Origin: Octopus sinensis
Taxonomy: Eukaryota
Length of the DNA: 64,000 nt
Reading direction: 5' to 3'
Assembly: GCF_006345805.1 (NCBI RefSeq)
Contig: NC_043003.1
Coordinates: forward strand, 116,064,001-116,128,000
A program made the translations under genes and the position numbers. Positions 40,389 to 55,298 of the stretch are shown piece after piece. Position 1 is the first letter of the stretch. Each line of letters opens with the position of its first letter. Under the pieces are notes generated by a model. It saw nothing but the letters and a program-made list of their open reading frames with translations, searched no databases and was not told where the DNA came from.

Positions 40389-41034
40389 CTGAACAAACAA
40401 ACAAACAAACAGCAACAACAATAGCAGTATCAGCTGCAAGATGTACAACATAAACAGCAGCAGCAGCAGGAATAATTAAAATATAATATAATGACAAATG
40501 GGAAGTGGAAATAATTAGAATCCTGGAATGGTAAACTATTAAGTCCGTTAGTCTTGGGGCTCTCTGTAAAAAACAAGGAGCCTTTCTTAAGACAGACAAA
40601 ACCGCGATATGGAGACTGTGAAGAACGTTTATGGAAACAGCCTGTTGCAGCTCATCAATTTTTACACGTTTCACTTGAAAAGAAAAATGAGGATGAAAAC
40701 GGATGTTTCCTTCGATGCAAAGGGGTCGGCTTTGAGCAGGCAGCGATAGTTTGAGGGAATAAGTTGCGAAGGATTTCTATATTCTAGTATTTAAGGTGAA
40801 TCTCATTCTGTGGGATTTCTATGGAGAAATCGTCGAACGTCTCAAATCCTTTGAGTGAATTTTTTTCTTGTTTGTATTTTTTGCTTGCTTGTTTACGCTA
40901 TTTTTACTGTTTTCACGCCTTCAAGAAACCCAGCATCATATATTGAATTGAATTATTCTCTATCGTCCTGGATATGTTTGTAAACACTTAGCACTTAATA
41001 AAGGAATCATTACCAACATCTTCAACAACAACAT

Positions 41035-41059
41035 ATTATTACTATTATTATTATTATTA

Positions 41060-41121
<62 letters not shown>

Positions 41122-41199
41122 TATTGTTATTATTATTATTACTATTATTATTATTATTATTATTATTACTATTACTATTACTATTATTATTATTATTAC

Positions 41200-41239
<40 letters not shown>

Positions 41240-41255
41240 GTTATTATTATTACTA

Positions 41256-41286
<31 letters not shown>

Positions 41287-41335
41287 TATTATTATTATTA
41301 TTATTATCATTATTATATCATTATCATCATCATCA

Positions 41336-41376
<41 letters not shown>

Positions 41377-41445
41377 TCATTATCATTATCTTTATTATCT
41401 TTATTATTATTATTATTATTATTATTGTTGTTGATATTATTATTA

Positions 41446-41481
<36 letters not shown>

Positions 41482-41501
41482 CATTATCATCATCATCATC
41501 A

Positions 41502-41548
<47 letters not shown>

Positions 41549-41557
41549 TTTATTATC

Positions 41558-41590
<33 letters not shown>

Positions 41591-41606
41591 GTTGTTGTTG
41601 ATATTA

Positions 41607-41637
<31 letters not shown>

Positions 41638-41645
41638 TATTATTA

Positions 41646-41681
<36 letters not shown>

Positions 41682-41760
41682 CATTATTATTATTATTATT
41701 ATTATTGTTGTTGTTGTTATTACTGTTATTACTATTGCTGTTGTTGTTGTTGTTATTATC
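41035..41760. repeat. About 720-bp compound (TAT)n/(CAT)n/(TGT)n triplet array
   Basis: Direct reading. Confidence 0.95.
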
Positions 41761-42262
41761 CTGCGTTCCAGTCTTAAAAGCTTCTGCACCAAACTGTTAT
41801 CCCCGTAGGCCCTGAATGATAATTCTGCTCAGACAAATTACAAACGAACGAGAGACGCAGACGTAGAAATAAAAGATTTATATAATACCTAAATATATAA
41901 GAGTGATAAATAATTACAGAGAAGAAAGACAAACAAATTAAGAAGACAGAAAATATAAAAGATAAAAAAAAATAGATCAAGTAAAACCGGAAGAGAGAAA
42001 GAGAAAGAATCACGGAGGGAAAATAAGCGAAATTATTGTAAGTTAAGGGTTAAACTGCAAATCATATATTACGATGCCAGAAAAAATATTGGTAAATGTA
42101 AACATAGCAGAGAATAATGAATCGTAATGGAGTAATGAATGTAATTTCGGGAAGTAATTTTAGAGATTGATAAAGAATGCCAGGGACAAAAAAAATACCA
42201 AAAATATGCATACAAATACATTTCATAAAGATATACATAAATACACGCAGATGGATATATGG

Positions 42263-42293
<31 letters not shown>

Positions 42294-42320
42294 GGGGGGG
42301 CGTATGTGTGTGTGCGTGTG

Positions 42321-42372
<52 letters not shown>

Positions 42373-42660
42373 TATACATATATATTTATAGATAGATTGA
42401 TAAAACAGCTAGTTTTAACAACTCTGAATCAGATAGTAGTAGTAATAGTAGTATTAGTAGTAGTAGTAGTAGTAGTAGTAGTGTATATATATATATATAG
42501 TGATAAACATATACAAATATATATATTATATACATATATGAAATAATTATATACATAATATATACATCAACTCTCTCTCACACACACACACAGAGACACA
42601 AACACATATCTATCTCTTATCTATCTCTATATCTTTCTCACTCTTTCTCTCTCTCTCTCA

Positions 42661-42726
<66 letters not shown>

Positions 42727-44491
42727 GTATATACACATATTAGGAAAAAAACTTGAAACAAGTGAAATGGGAAAGAGTGAGAGAAAAAAAGACTTATTTG
42801 TCCTATGAAGATGTAAACAAGCATCATCATCATCATCATCATCATCATCATGACCACCATCATCTCATCCTCCTCACTGATGATATAAAACTTAAAAGAA
42901 AGAACAACGGAAAGGCAAAGATGCAACAAAAACAAACAGTCATAAACCAAGTAAAAAGATAAGAAAAATTGCTGACGTGAACAATGGTGTAATTTGCCAT
43001 GAATTTCCGAAATTGCTATACAACATCAATTTTAGCAACATCTTTAGCTGAAAGGACAGTGATTATTTTATTTAATTATATCCTGGGATTATTTTGCTGC
43101 TTTAGCTTCCACATTTTTTTTATTTTCTATCTTCTCTAATTTTTTTTTTTCGCGACAATATTCAATGGGAAAAATAATTTGTTGATATTTTGAGGAGTTT
43201 GATATATAATACGTCTATTTTATCAAACGAATATGACCGAAATTCATGGCTGTTTATTCGTGGTTACATTTTATAATATTTAAGATGTGATGACTGAAAA
43301 GTATGAAGATTTTAAAAAGCTAGTTACAATTAATATCTATGAAGTTAGCGTGAATCGGACCCCAGTTAATCAAATTAATTTACAAAGGAAGGCTCGGCTT
43401 GTGTTTTCACATTAAACTATCGTTCCTCGCACAGGCAAATACACCTTTGTTACTTATACTTATATCTTCTGAGTTTATGAACGAGTTTCCTTTCATGTCT
43501 TGCCGTTTTATCAGTTTGTTTTTGTTACAATCCTTTTAGTATAATTCTCTCGGAGAGTTTAAAATATATATTTTACTTTTCTTCATTCCGCAGGCAGTTA
43601 CGCGTATCATCATTGCTTACGTACGTTACACTTACTCAGACACACCTTAAGCCAAAACATTTTCTTCATTTTCATTTTAATTAACACTTCAAACTAGCTA
43701 TATATTTTTTTTTATCAGTTTCATCTCACTGAACTTTTCTTCCTTAACCACACCTATGGAATGCATATGTTACTTTATCAATTAAACTAGCGTTGTATCA
43801 CCATCTTTACTCATGGTTGTAATCACACTTTTCTTCACTTTTTCTTACATGCCCACCCTTTTAATTTCAAAGAAAGAAGTTCCTTGTCTCCACATGAACG
43901 TACATCTGTACTAACTTAATATAATATTCAGTTCCCACCATCATAGAGAAAATACATAACATATGTTCTAAATAGGTTTTAATTTTTCTAGAATATTTCA
44001 TTATCAATGATTAGATATATGTTCATAAATTTTGTATGTTGTATTTAATAATAGATGAAAGCAGTGAAAAAAATAGGAGCTTTTATTGTAGGAAGTGTAC
44101 CTTCTCCTCTCTAATTTGCCAATGATGCGATATTTTCCTTAGCAATGCTTCTCGTATTGCTGATCAACTATTTAGGCATTTAGTCATTTGGTTATTATAT
44201 TTATGCAGAATGTTTTGTCCACGTTTGACGCTTTGTCACGACTCGAAGAATATCCGGGACTAATGAGTCATTGCTCTTTACGCCTATGTTTTATGTCATA
44301 CTTTAATACATTATTGTTATACAGTTTCCATCAGCTCCCTTTATTATGTTACCGTCATCTCACAGTGCCTCTCAGATATCATATGCATTGAAAATAGAGC
44401 GGCTGCATGAAAATGTGAATATACTGAAATACAATGGCTTAACTGGGGAATGACCGCTATACAGTGCAATGGTAGTGTTTATTTTTTTTTA

Positions 44492-44693
44492 CTCTAAGCA
44501 CAAAGCCCGAAATTTTGGGGAAGGGGACTTGTCGATTAGATCGACCCCAGTACGAAAATGGAAGTTAATCTATCGACTCCGAAAAGATGAAAGGCAAAGT
44601 CGACCTCGGTGGAATTTGAACTCAGAACATAAAGACAGACGAACTATCGCTAAGCATTTCGGCGTGCTAACGTTTCTTCCAGTTCACCGCCTT
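44492..44693 (-). mobile_element. S2 SINE
   Basis: Reverse complement of AAGGCGGTGAACTGG head and GTCGACTTTGCCTTTCATC body. Confidence 0.75.
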
Positions 44694-45862
44694 GAAATGG
44701 TATTATTTATGCAAAATATATGTTATCAAGATACTAAATTAAACGCGTACAGTGTTTTTTATTTTTTTTTAATGAAAAATATAATTTGTGTTATCTGATA
44801 AGAAATAGCATGTGGCAGTTGTACTTAAAATAGCGGAGAAGTACACTGAGTTAGTAAGTTGACTGCGCCAAATATTACAGAAATATTCTGAGAGAAATTT
44901 CATTCATACAGCGTGTATAGAGTGCACCGACATTAAATGAATTCCAACATTATCTTGGAATTTAACCCTGCAACAGACTCATGTAGCGTTCATGGAGGGT
45001 GCTGCAATCACAGGCTCTTATTGCCATGGAGGGTAAAACTCTGTCCTTTTGTATCCAAAGTTCCTTGACACACCTACGTTGAAGTATTTTGGAAATGATT
45101 AGGCTGAGTGAGAACAATTATAGAGTGCATGATGTCGACTTTTGACGTTCCTAAGATGCCCAGTTATTCGAATTTTATATATATCCATTCATTTTTATGC
45201 TGTGAGAGAAAAGGTAGATCGATATAAACTATACAAGATCTTGTTGTCCATCAAATATACGTTTGAATTCATAACAGACTACCATGCTTTCAATATATAT
45301 CAACTTTTATACGTAACTTATTTTGAAGTGGTTAAGTTCAATAGAGATTTCCTGTAACGCAATGTTTTATCTATCAGAAAATATGTCTATATTCTCTAGA
45401 AGGAAAAGAAAGTGACGTATTGATAATTCCATCTTTGAGACATATGATTAGTAATGTAGAGAACAGCCGCAATTCTAGATACAAAAACGATCTCCGTAAA
45501 AGAATTATGAGATGTATGATCGTATAATCCAAACTATTCGGTAAAATGTCATTGGAATTCAGACTGATCGTTGCAGTGTCATACTGTGGCTGATATTAAT
45601 TTCGCTACGTCATAAGTTCAAGAAGAAGATCAATATGATTAATGTAGACTTAGGCAAGCATATATTGAAGTGAATCAGAGAAAGAAACTTCAACGTACAA
45701 ATCTCTTGCGCAATATAATAATCCCTATACAAGGTAATAACTCATGCATTTTATACGTGTGTGTGTTTGTGTACGCATGTGCGTGTATGCATGTATACCT
45801 ACGCACATATATACACGAAAATGTAAACGCATATGCGCACAAACACGTGGATACATATATAC

Positions 45863-45927
<65 letters not shown>

Positions 45928-46046
45928 ATATGTATATATTAATAAATCATGTAAATGTATGTCGTATCAGTTCCGTCATTCAGTGTTCCAGTTGCATCAA
46001 CTGATATATATATATTTATTGACTGAAGAACCTGGGTAGTCGGCAG

Positions 46047-46122
46047 ATATTTGTAAACTTGGTATCATCCATGGCGAGAAACAACATCAGAATTTATGCC
46101 AGCACTCCCTACAGAATTACAG
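46047..46122 (+). CDS. Weak candidate host exon
   Basis: Strong CAG|GTATGT donor, weak acceptor, two open frames. Confidence 0.15.
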
Positions 46123-46374
46123 GTATGTACCTACAATAGACATTTATTGTGTCAGTATACTCACTTTTACACCACCACAACTAATTCAAATTCAATTTTA
46201 TACTGAGAAAAATACTTTACAGAAGATTTTTCGAAGTGCACTTCAAACATGGAGAAAAAAGATCCATAATTATTAGTTCAATGTACATATGCTAATATAT
46301 ACATACATACATACATATGTGTATATATTTGTGTTTGTGTGTGTGTGTTTGTTTTTGTATATTTATATATGTAT

Positions 46375-46408
<34 letters not shown>

Positions 46409-46787
46409 TTGTTTCCTGTCCCAGCTTGACACACGCGTTCGCCACAACAATCTTGTTTAGGCTCAGCAGCCCTTCCTGTTTGATTTCACTGTCCTGTTTG
46501 TGTTATCAAATTGAACTTTCCGCAAAATCCCAAAAGCGTGTATTGTTGTTAAATGCTCGAAATACGAGACTAGAGCAACAGCGAACAACTGATGAAGGGT
46601 CGTTATTTAATGTGATTTGTTTTCTCTTTCATTTGTGTATTTCGTTGTTCGAAAGAATAGTTCATGTTCCAGGTGCTGGTGCTTCGTAATTTTTTTTTGT
46701 TGTACACGTTTCGTGACGTCCTGTGCCCACATATGCATATATATATATATATACGTATATATATAAATATGTACATATACGTATGTA

Positions 46788-46854
<67 letters not shown>

Positions 46855-46895
46855 GTGTGTGTATGTATATATATATATATTAATATATATATATA

Positions 46896-47120
46896 TACTC
46901 TCTTTTACTCTTTTACTTGTTTCAGTCATTTGACTGCGGCCATGCTGGAGCACCGCCTTTAATCGAGCAACTCCATTCCGGGATTTATTCTTTTGTAAGC
47001 CCAGTACTTATTTTATCGGTCTCTTTTGCCGAACCGCTAAGTAACGGGGACATAAACACACCAGCATCGGTTGTCAAGCAATGCTAGAGGGACAAATACA
47101 GACACACAAACACGCACACG
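46896..47120 (-). mobile_element. S1 SINE 3' half
   Basis: Reverse complement matches 39950-40150. Confidence 0.8.
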
Positions 47121-47186
47121 CATATATATATATATATATATATTAATTTTATTTTTTTATTTACATTATATATACAGAGATAGATA

Positions 47187-47698
47187 TGTTTCTTTATTAG
47201 CCACACAGGGCTGCACACAGAGAGAACAAATTACAAGGTAGAGCTTTTCTTTTGGGGGGTAAAAAAGAGGGGGTTGGTTTTCAATCAAAGGGGATCGTAA
47301 AAGGAAAGAAAGAGAACAAAAAAAGGGGAGGATTTAAAAAAAAGGGGGGGGGGAGAAAAGGGAGAGGAAAAAAAAAGTTGATTAATAGGGATCGTAATCA
47401 CAGAAATGTCAATATGAAGTGAAAAGGGGAGGACAGGTGAGGTTTACCTGTGGAAAGAAAAGCCTACAGAAAAGACCACGGTAACCTCGGTCAATGAAGT
47501 CACATGTTATATTTCTTTTTTTTGCAAATAAGCAACTCTCTGTATTAATTTTTACGGTTCATAGAATCATAGTCAAGGTGGCTTCGTCATTCATACGTGC
47601 AATTCTTGCTACATTCACCCATCTTTTTTAAAACATTAACTAGACAAAACTTGCCTCTCTACTCTCACTTTCCTCTTCAAGTGATACTTGAAGAAGTT
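47187..47698 (-). mobile_element. 5'-truncated copy of the Tx1-like element
   Basis: Reverse complement of about 10790-11326; flanked by AGAGATAGATA and AGATAGATAGATAG. Confidence 0.9.
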
Positions 47699-47711
47699 AG
47701 ATAGATAGATA

Positions 47712-49213
47712 GAGGACATTTATAGAAAAATAAAGCGTAGTCAGGTGCATTAGTGTGACGCTTTGACAAATGATAAATGAAAAAGCCTTTCATATTTCGA
47801 GCCCACGCTCTTCAGCAGATGGTAATAAGAGTAAAAAAGTGAGAATGAAAACATAAGTTGTACACTTAGCGGTCATGTATGGCGACTGATTAGAAAAAGG
47901 AGTTTGGAAGACGAGGTTGGAAGAAAGGGAGATAATAAAGTGACAATGACCCCCAAGGGAAGGTGCTCGTGCATGCGTGTGTATATGAGAATGGTGTATA
48001 TAGTATGTGTAAGTCTGTGTAAATAGGAGCCAGTGACTTTCTCAAGTCTTTCACAAGTCTGAGTGTGTGAGTGTGTAAGTGTGTGTATGTGTGCGTCTGT
48101 AAAGTGTGGCTGGTCATATCGTGGTATGCGTGGTGACGTTAATGAGGATTGTGTGTAGATGTGAGCGTGCGGATGATAGTTATGGTGTGGGTGCAGGGAA
48201 GTGGTCATGACTAGTGTGGGTTGAGTGATGTGAGGGGCTGTGAAGTGTTGGTATGGGTTATGGAGTGGGTAACAAGGGAGAGAGGAGGTGGGTAGTAGCT
48301 CAGTGACTTTAACAAGCCCTGGTGTGTAAAAATGCGTGCGTCTGTAATGTGTGATTACTCATATAGTGGTATGTGTGGTGTCGCCATTGAAGATTGCGTG
48401 TGGGTGTGCCGATGTGTGAGTGTATGGATGATGGTGTGCGGTGTGGGTGCAGGGATGTGGTCAGTTCTAGTGTGTGTGTGGAGTGGTGTAGGGTGGTGTG
48501 GGTTGGTGCGGTGTGGGTTATGGTGTGGGACGGGTTAGGGTGTTTTTAGGGGCGGGGGTATGAAGGAAGAGAAGAGGTGGCTAGGTATAAACAAAGGAAG
48601 TAGATGTCAGGTGAAAAGAGGAAGTAAGTGTCAGATGAAGAGAGAAGGGGAGAGTTAGATGAAGAGGGGAGGGAAGTAGAGCCCATGTGGCGCAAAGGTG
48701 AGAAGAAAGAAGATTAATTCCAGTTCACCACGAAGACAATCCGAACACAGATTGTTGTGGTGAATGACAAGCAGAGCGGAAATAGCGCGAGACCGGTGTC
48801 TTGGAGATGTTCCACGAACCGGTCAACCAAGCGGCGTCCCGTTTGACCGTTGTAAACAGAAGGGCAGAAAGAGGAGATGCAGTAAATGACGTTGTAAGGA
48901 GGATAGTGTTAGAGAGATAGGGGAAAGTAAGGCAGCGTAGGAAAGTGCAGGAGAACAAGTCAAGCTGGACAAGGTCACGCAGATTGTGGGCTCTTTGAAG
49001 GAAGGAAGGAGCAGATTGGGGAAGATGTGCGAGTTGGGGTTGGGACTGTAGTCGCCGGAGGCTCGGAGAATGGTGCTTTGGAGGAGCAGGCTGGAGGGGT
49101 GGTAGGTGTGGGGAAACGGAAGACGAGCAACTGTGGGGAGGGTGCGGAGAGAAACAGCAGAAGCACGGTCGAGGGATCGTGCTCCGGCAAGGGCAGTGTG
49201 GATAGTGGAGGGG
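47712..49213 (-). mobile_element. 5'-truncated Penelope-like element (GIY-YIG remnant, CA-rich 3' region, pLTR with degenerate HHR at about 47785-47820)
   Basis: Minus translation RLPFPHTYHP..NVIYCISSFCPSVYNGQTGRRLVDRFVEH; CTGAAGA-GCGTGGGCTC-GAAA-TATG motif; similar to 54660-54900. Confidence 0.75.
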
Positions 49214-49404
49214 TATATATATATAAATATATTTCTACATAAGCAACCTCGGATATATAGAAATATATATAACCAGATGTAATGGGCAGCTTTGTTCTGT
49301 GCGGCGATGGGATCTTACTGCGAAGCGACATTGTTTATGCTCATACTTGAGTGTATGTGAATATTTTGCACCATCTGCGTAAATTATAGAATTTCCTTAT
49401 TTAA

Positions 49405-50430
49405 ATCCAAGTTTGTACAAGGGTTATGTCCTCATGGTCACCCGTAATCTGAATAGGCATGAGCTCGAAAGGCTTAGGAAGGGTCTTATTGGATTCTTCC
49501 AAAGAGGGACTTAACAATTACAGTTGACACGAACCTGTAGAGTTAGCTGTTTCGATATCAATTTCGATTTGTGATCTAAAAATGTTACATCATGATGCAT
49601 ATCTAATGAAATGCTATTTTGTATCACCAAATAGTCAAATCACCCGCGCTCTATTCTTATAAATATCGTTATCAATATAGGTAAGTCTACTTTCTCTTTT
49701 ACATGGGACGGGGCAGCCTCGATGGATGCCTCCCCATATTATAATGATGCACCAAGTAATAGCAGATTCTCAGAGAAGATTCACTATGTTGCTAGTGGAA
49801 ATAGTCCCAGAAGGTTTCGCGTAACTACAAATAGAAAATGAATGTGGTATAATCCAGCATTTAGCACTGGCGTTAGAACTAATGTATGCAGAAGATCTTA
49901 AAACTTAGTATCGAGACATTTTCCAAATGACTATTAAACATCACAGAATCTTCGACTGAAGACCTAGTTGGTCAAGCTTTATCAACTTGCACAATATCAA
50001 TATTATCAATAAAATTAACGTAACTGTTGACGAACCTAAGTGTAATTCAAAGTCCCAGGAAGTTGCCCTTTTGAAAGGTAATTGTCTAATTAAAAGCGTT
50101 GTGTATAGAGCTAAGGTAGAGAATGACAATACCTATACAGTTGACATAGGAGACAGCTTCAAAACATAACTTCACCCGAGACTTTGGCAACGAGCCTAGC
50201 TATGCACGTAAGGCAATTAAAAGAAGCTTGCTCTGTCTAATTTAATATATATTGCTCTATTTTTGACTAAGCAACTCTTCCAGATATGACTTGTGCAGAA
50301 ACTCTATGAGTTGTCCGTTGTGTTTAAGTGAAACGTAACTCATATTATTCCAAAACAAATTTGCATTCACCCGCAAAACGGAGATCTTGAATTTCTGCAG
50401 ACACGCATCTAAATTCTTTTGTACTACCAA
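49405..50430 (+). mobile_element. Degenerate Penelope-like element (RT C-terminus + GIY-YIG), same structural group as 34334-34939
   Basis: Fragments ASPYYNDA, MWYNPAFSTGVRTNV, GNCLIKSVVYRAKV, CPLCLSE, TEILNFCRHASKF. Confidence 0.8.
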
Positions 50431-53400
50431 TCGATTCCTTATGCGTAGACCATATAAGCTTCACCAAATATTATCTATGTTTTAAAATAACTCAGTTCTT
50501 TGATACAATTCGAGATTTCGTTGGCATTGAAGCGTGATTCCCCATTTTTTAAAAATCTTCCTCGCAGTATAAACTAACCAGGCTTTCACGTAGATTCTAT
50601 GACTATACTACTATCATACACCCCTATACAGAATATAAATTCATTTACAGAATATCTACTGAGATTATTAGGCCACGAAAGCAGTTCTGATAGCTTTCAA
50701 AATAGTCTTTGTCTCTGAAACTCTTAAAAACAACTGTGTGCACTAAACGCTTGAATTGAAATGTGGATTCAAAAAGTTGAAGATTAATACTTTCGATAGA
50801 TAAGTAACTGATTTCCGAAATTTTACCTCAAATTCAAATTACAAACGGATTGTAAATTTTTTTACGAAAATATAAAATCAAAATGTTATATCAGTGATAT
50901 CATAATCTGTTACTTAGTTATTTTTTATATTTTACTGGACTGCGTATGAAAGGATGAAATGAGAGAATAGATTTGTTTGATATTTTTTTAATATTTATCA
51001 CTTCTGGTCATTTAATTTTCTCTGTGTCAAGTTGACACGCATCAGAGAATATAGGTAAGGGGGTTAATTCACTATCGGCAGTAAAGCATTGAAGATGACA
51101 CCTGATCTATACGTCATTGAGTATATGTGTCGGTTTCTGTGATGTGGTGTTTGTGTGTGTATGTGTATGTGTGTGGTGTGTGGGGCTTTGAGTGTGTGTG
51201 TGTACAGATATATGTATAAACGTGTTAGCGCAGATGTGCTTATATGCTATGGGTATGTTTATACGTATGTATGCGTATATATGTGTGCTAGTTTATGAAT
51301 GTATGTTCGTGTCAGTGTGTGTGTGTGTGTGTAAGCATGTGCTACATGACGGAAGCTACATGTGAAGGGAGTCTTGGGAATTTGGATTCTTGTTCAATAA
51401 ACATTTTTTCTCAAACGAAGTCGTCTTTTTGAAGTAACCGTAATGCGAAACGGTAACTTTGTGAGAAAATATCTTTCAAGAATGGAATTTCACTTGTTTG
51501 ATATACTTTTGCATTTCCAGCTTCCGGGAAGACAATTTACTCAATGTTAACTTAACACACTTCCTAGAAAAAATGCAAGCTGGTAAATTCACATAGAATA
51601 TTAAAAGAAAAGATGGTAAGTCGTTTCATTTTGGGACATGCTATGAAATACATGCATATATGCGTACTTACTCATATGCATTCAAAGGAACACACACACA
51701 GACACACATATATGTGTGTATGCATGTATGCTGTATGCATGTGTGTGTGTGCATATGTATAATGAGTGTCTGCAAGTGATGCCTTCAGATATCTACTAAT
51801 ATAAACTAAATGCTTGTTTTAACTAAGGAAGAATTCAATAACGCAACTCAGTGCTCAACTACAATATCAAAGTCTTCAGATATACGTCCCCTGATGGGGA
51901 GGAGGCTTTCTTAATTAACAGTGCCTGTTACGGTGCGAATGCGTACATCAAATACTTACAATATATTTTAGACGCATAATCTCACGCATATCCCCTTTTC
52001 GATTCTCCACGGAAATGGCACTGAATAAATAAGTGAATATGTTTGGTAAATGGACTGATGAAGATTCTGAGTAATCAAAAGTAATGAGAATAAAGCATTA
52101 AATGAGGTTAAAACTCTGGGTAATTATTTATTCAACAATAATCTTTATTGCTCTACTATTAGTCATTTTATTAATTTTAATACTTCTTATTTCTCTTATT
52201 CATACAAGAAATATAGAAATGCAATTTCCATTCGACGGCTTTTATGTTCTTTTGATATTTATTATAAGTATACAGCAAATTGTGATATGTTCATTGCGGC
52301 GGCGGCTTCGCTTATGATGCTCATTACTTGTTATTGATGTTCACTTCAGCATTTAATATTGATATACCTAATCTCTGCTTTTCTATGATATTCTGTATGT
52401 GTTTGACTTTGTTGTTTGCGCTTGTAATATTTCTTTTCGATGAATTTGGTTTATTGTATTTTCATGGCTCCGCGATTAATTAACATATTGATAGATTCCT
52501 CGCTCTCATGTACAAACACACGCACACATACACGCCAATTCGCTTACAGACATATATATATATAAAGAAATATTCACGTGTATACATATATATAAACAGA
52601 ATCTATACATATATATACACATATATATACAGATAAATACATATAAATATCTACTTATATTTAGTTTATATATATACACACTGGTATATATGGTATATAT
52701 ACATATATATATATATTTATATATATATATGTATATATATTTCTGAGTTTTATTAAAGTGGTAGAATTTAAAGACAAAGCTTAAATTATGGAAGCTAAAT
52801 ACACACACACCCGCACGCACACACATATGCACACACACGCACACGCACACAAAGGTATATATATATTACACGTATATATAACATATATATTTATATATAT
52901 GTGTGTGTGTGTGTGTGTGCGTATGTATATATATATGTGTGCGTGTATGTGTGTATGTGTGTCTGTGTGTGCGTGTGTGCATCTGTGTGTCTGTGTGTGT
53001 GTATTTAGCGTCCATAATTTAAACTTTGTGATATTCGACCCCTTTATTAACACTTAGAAATCTAAGCTAACCCGAGGTTATATTCAAAAGTTTTTCAAGG
53101 TACAGCACATCTACTAGAAACTAATATCTCCCAATTTCCTGTCATATCCGAGCAGAGTACACAAGTACCCAAAATTAATCAATCCAAATATCGAACATAG
53201 CACGCTTGCGATTGGGCAAGTGTTTGATGCCATAATCTTCAGACTATTCCAGCCTTTTTTTATAGAAATTCATAGACGAAATAATTTTTAAAAGACCACA
53301 ATGGCAAACATATATGTGCATATGCGTTTGTGTGCGTATAGCCTGATATTTCAAGCATCGGGATGAGAATAGAGAGTAAGTTTGTATACAAACAAAATAG

Positions 53401-53563
53401 ACTTTTATCCTAAGCCATAGTTATTTCTGTTTTTGTAATATCTCTTGTCTGTCTAACGACCTCTCACTCACTTTCTCTCTCTCACTCCCTTTCGTTACAT
53501 TCCTTCATAAATATATTCAAGACACCCAGGCAATATACAGTAAAAAAAAATAAACAAATGTGC

Positions 53564-53985
53564 GGATCTTTTCTGCTTGAACGGCACTTTTTCTAGCGGT
53601 GTCATATGAAATTTACACCCATAATTATGAACCTAGTATCGATCTATTGCATTTCAATCTGTTTTACGGTTAGGGTTAGGGTTAGGGTTTGGGTTAGGGG
53701 TGGGGGAAGGGTATCTTATTTCTTCACAAATGTAAATAAACCCAATCTGTTTCTTAAACGAGGGACATATTCATAATGTTTTTACTTCAATACACGTCAG
53801 TGATTGGTTGAAATTGCAGAAATTGAAGAAAAACAACAACAAATATCTTACAAACTATAGAATTTTCTCAATAAGGCCAAGAGAAAAAGATGTTTTATAA
53901 ACACATTCTACCATTATACGAAGTTTATATTTTCTTAGTTACCTAGAAATTATGTTGAAAACTGCCGTGCAGACCGAAAAGATCC
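53564..53985. mobile_element. Second, inverted copy of the (TTAGGG)-containing MITE
   Basis: GGATC...GATCC termini; internal reverse complement of 3992-4440; flanked by a 75-bp direct duplication. Confidence 0.8.
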
Positions 53986-54475
53986 CACTTTCGTTACATT
54001 CTTTCATAAATATATTCAAAACACCCAGGCAATATATAGTAAAAAAGAATGAATAAATGTGCTACACATTATACAATTTTATATATCTGTCACCTTAAAA
54101 CATCTCAAGACGCAATTCCGACTAATTTCATATTTCTGAGGAATCTCGTAAAAGCGAATACGCGTTGCCCACAAGACAGCGTTTCAATTTAACGTTCGGT
54201 TGCTTATTTTTTTTTACATATAAATGGTTCGTTTTAGCTCTTTACTTTTCTCATTTTCTTTTGTTTATCATCCTTACTTTTTCAGTCGTAAAATTAAAGT
54301 AATCTGTTTTGACGGAATTGCGTACCTCGTAAATCAAAGCTAATAGATGGAACCTGTATATAGGTACATAATTTTCCCATCATTTTGCCATCGTCTAATA
54401 TCCATGCAAGTGTTGTTGTTGAAGGAATTATGTTTATTTGTATATGCGTATTGAAATTCAATTACACACACACAC

Positions 54476-54489
<14 letters not shown>

Positions 54490-54512
<23 letters not shown>

Positions 54513-54956
54513 CATCCCCACATATTTACACCTACACATACATACACATGTCACATCACAACACACCACTCACACCACACACATCCCCACATCTCCTCAC
54601 CTACACATACACACACGTCTAGACCACCAGCCCTCTTTCACACGCACATACATACTCTTTTATACACACACGCACCTTTGTGTTGGGGCCACCTTCGTAT
54701 TGGAAGTCATTTGATCCTGTTATCTCCCCTACTGTCCCTCTCGCGTCTGACCATTGTCCGAAGTCAAGACGCCATGATAGATCGTTAGCTACAACACGCA
54801 TTTTTTTCTCTCCTTGTTTTTTTCTGTGTATCTCTCTGTCGAAGAGCGTAAGCTCGAAACGTAAAATACTTTTTCTATTCCTCATCGCTATACTAATACA
54901 TTTGTTTGTTTGTACTCCACCTGCGTTCGTCTTTTGTTTATTTTCGTAAACTTTCC
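54490..54956 (+). mobile_element. Penelope-like 3' end/pLTR with degenerate HHR (about 54836-54870)
   Basis: CA-rich block, then TCGAAGA-GCGTAAGCTC-GAAA-CG-TA; similar to the reverse complement of 47712-47990; ends in (TA)n. Confidence 0.6.
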
Positions 54957-55000
54957 CTTTATATATATATATATATATAGATATATGCATACATATATAC

Positions 55001-55091
<91 letters not shown>

Positions 55092-55092
55092 T

Positions 55093-55298
55093 TTATTTAA
55101 AGCAGCAGAAAATTCAACAAAATCTGTTACTCTGAGTTTCTCGTTGCCGTTCATCAGACAGTTTTTGCTAGAATGGAACCGATATATCAATTCAATTGAA
55201 TTGATATATCGGTTCCATTCTAGCAAAAACTGTCTGATGAACGGCAACGAGAAACTCAGAGTAACAGATTTTGTTGAATTTTCTGCTGCTTTAAATAA
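55093..55298. repeat. Perfect 206-bp palindrome with no spacer (inverted Penelope-like pLTR)
   Basis: Arms 55093-55195 and 55196-55298 are exact reverse complements, centre TTCAA|TTGAA. Confidence 0.95.
55230..55267 (+). ncRNA. Minimal type I hammerhead motif (mirror copy at 55124-55161 on the minus strand)
   Basis: CTGT-CTGATGA-ACG-GCAA-CGA-GAAA-CTC-A-GAG-TA-ACAG; stem I CTGT/ACAG, quasi-palindromic stem III, GUA triplet; stem II closing pair is A.A here. Confidence 0.75.

Noticed and set aside
52102-52317. Hydrophobic 71-aa ORF resembling a membrane peptide
   Set aside because: Ile/Leu richness follows from AT-rich TTA-like low-complexity sequence
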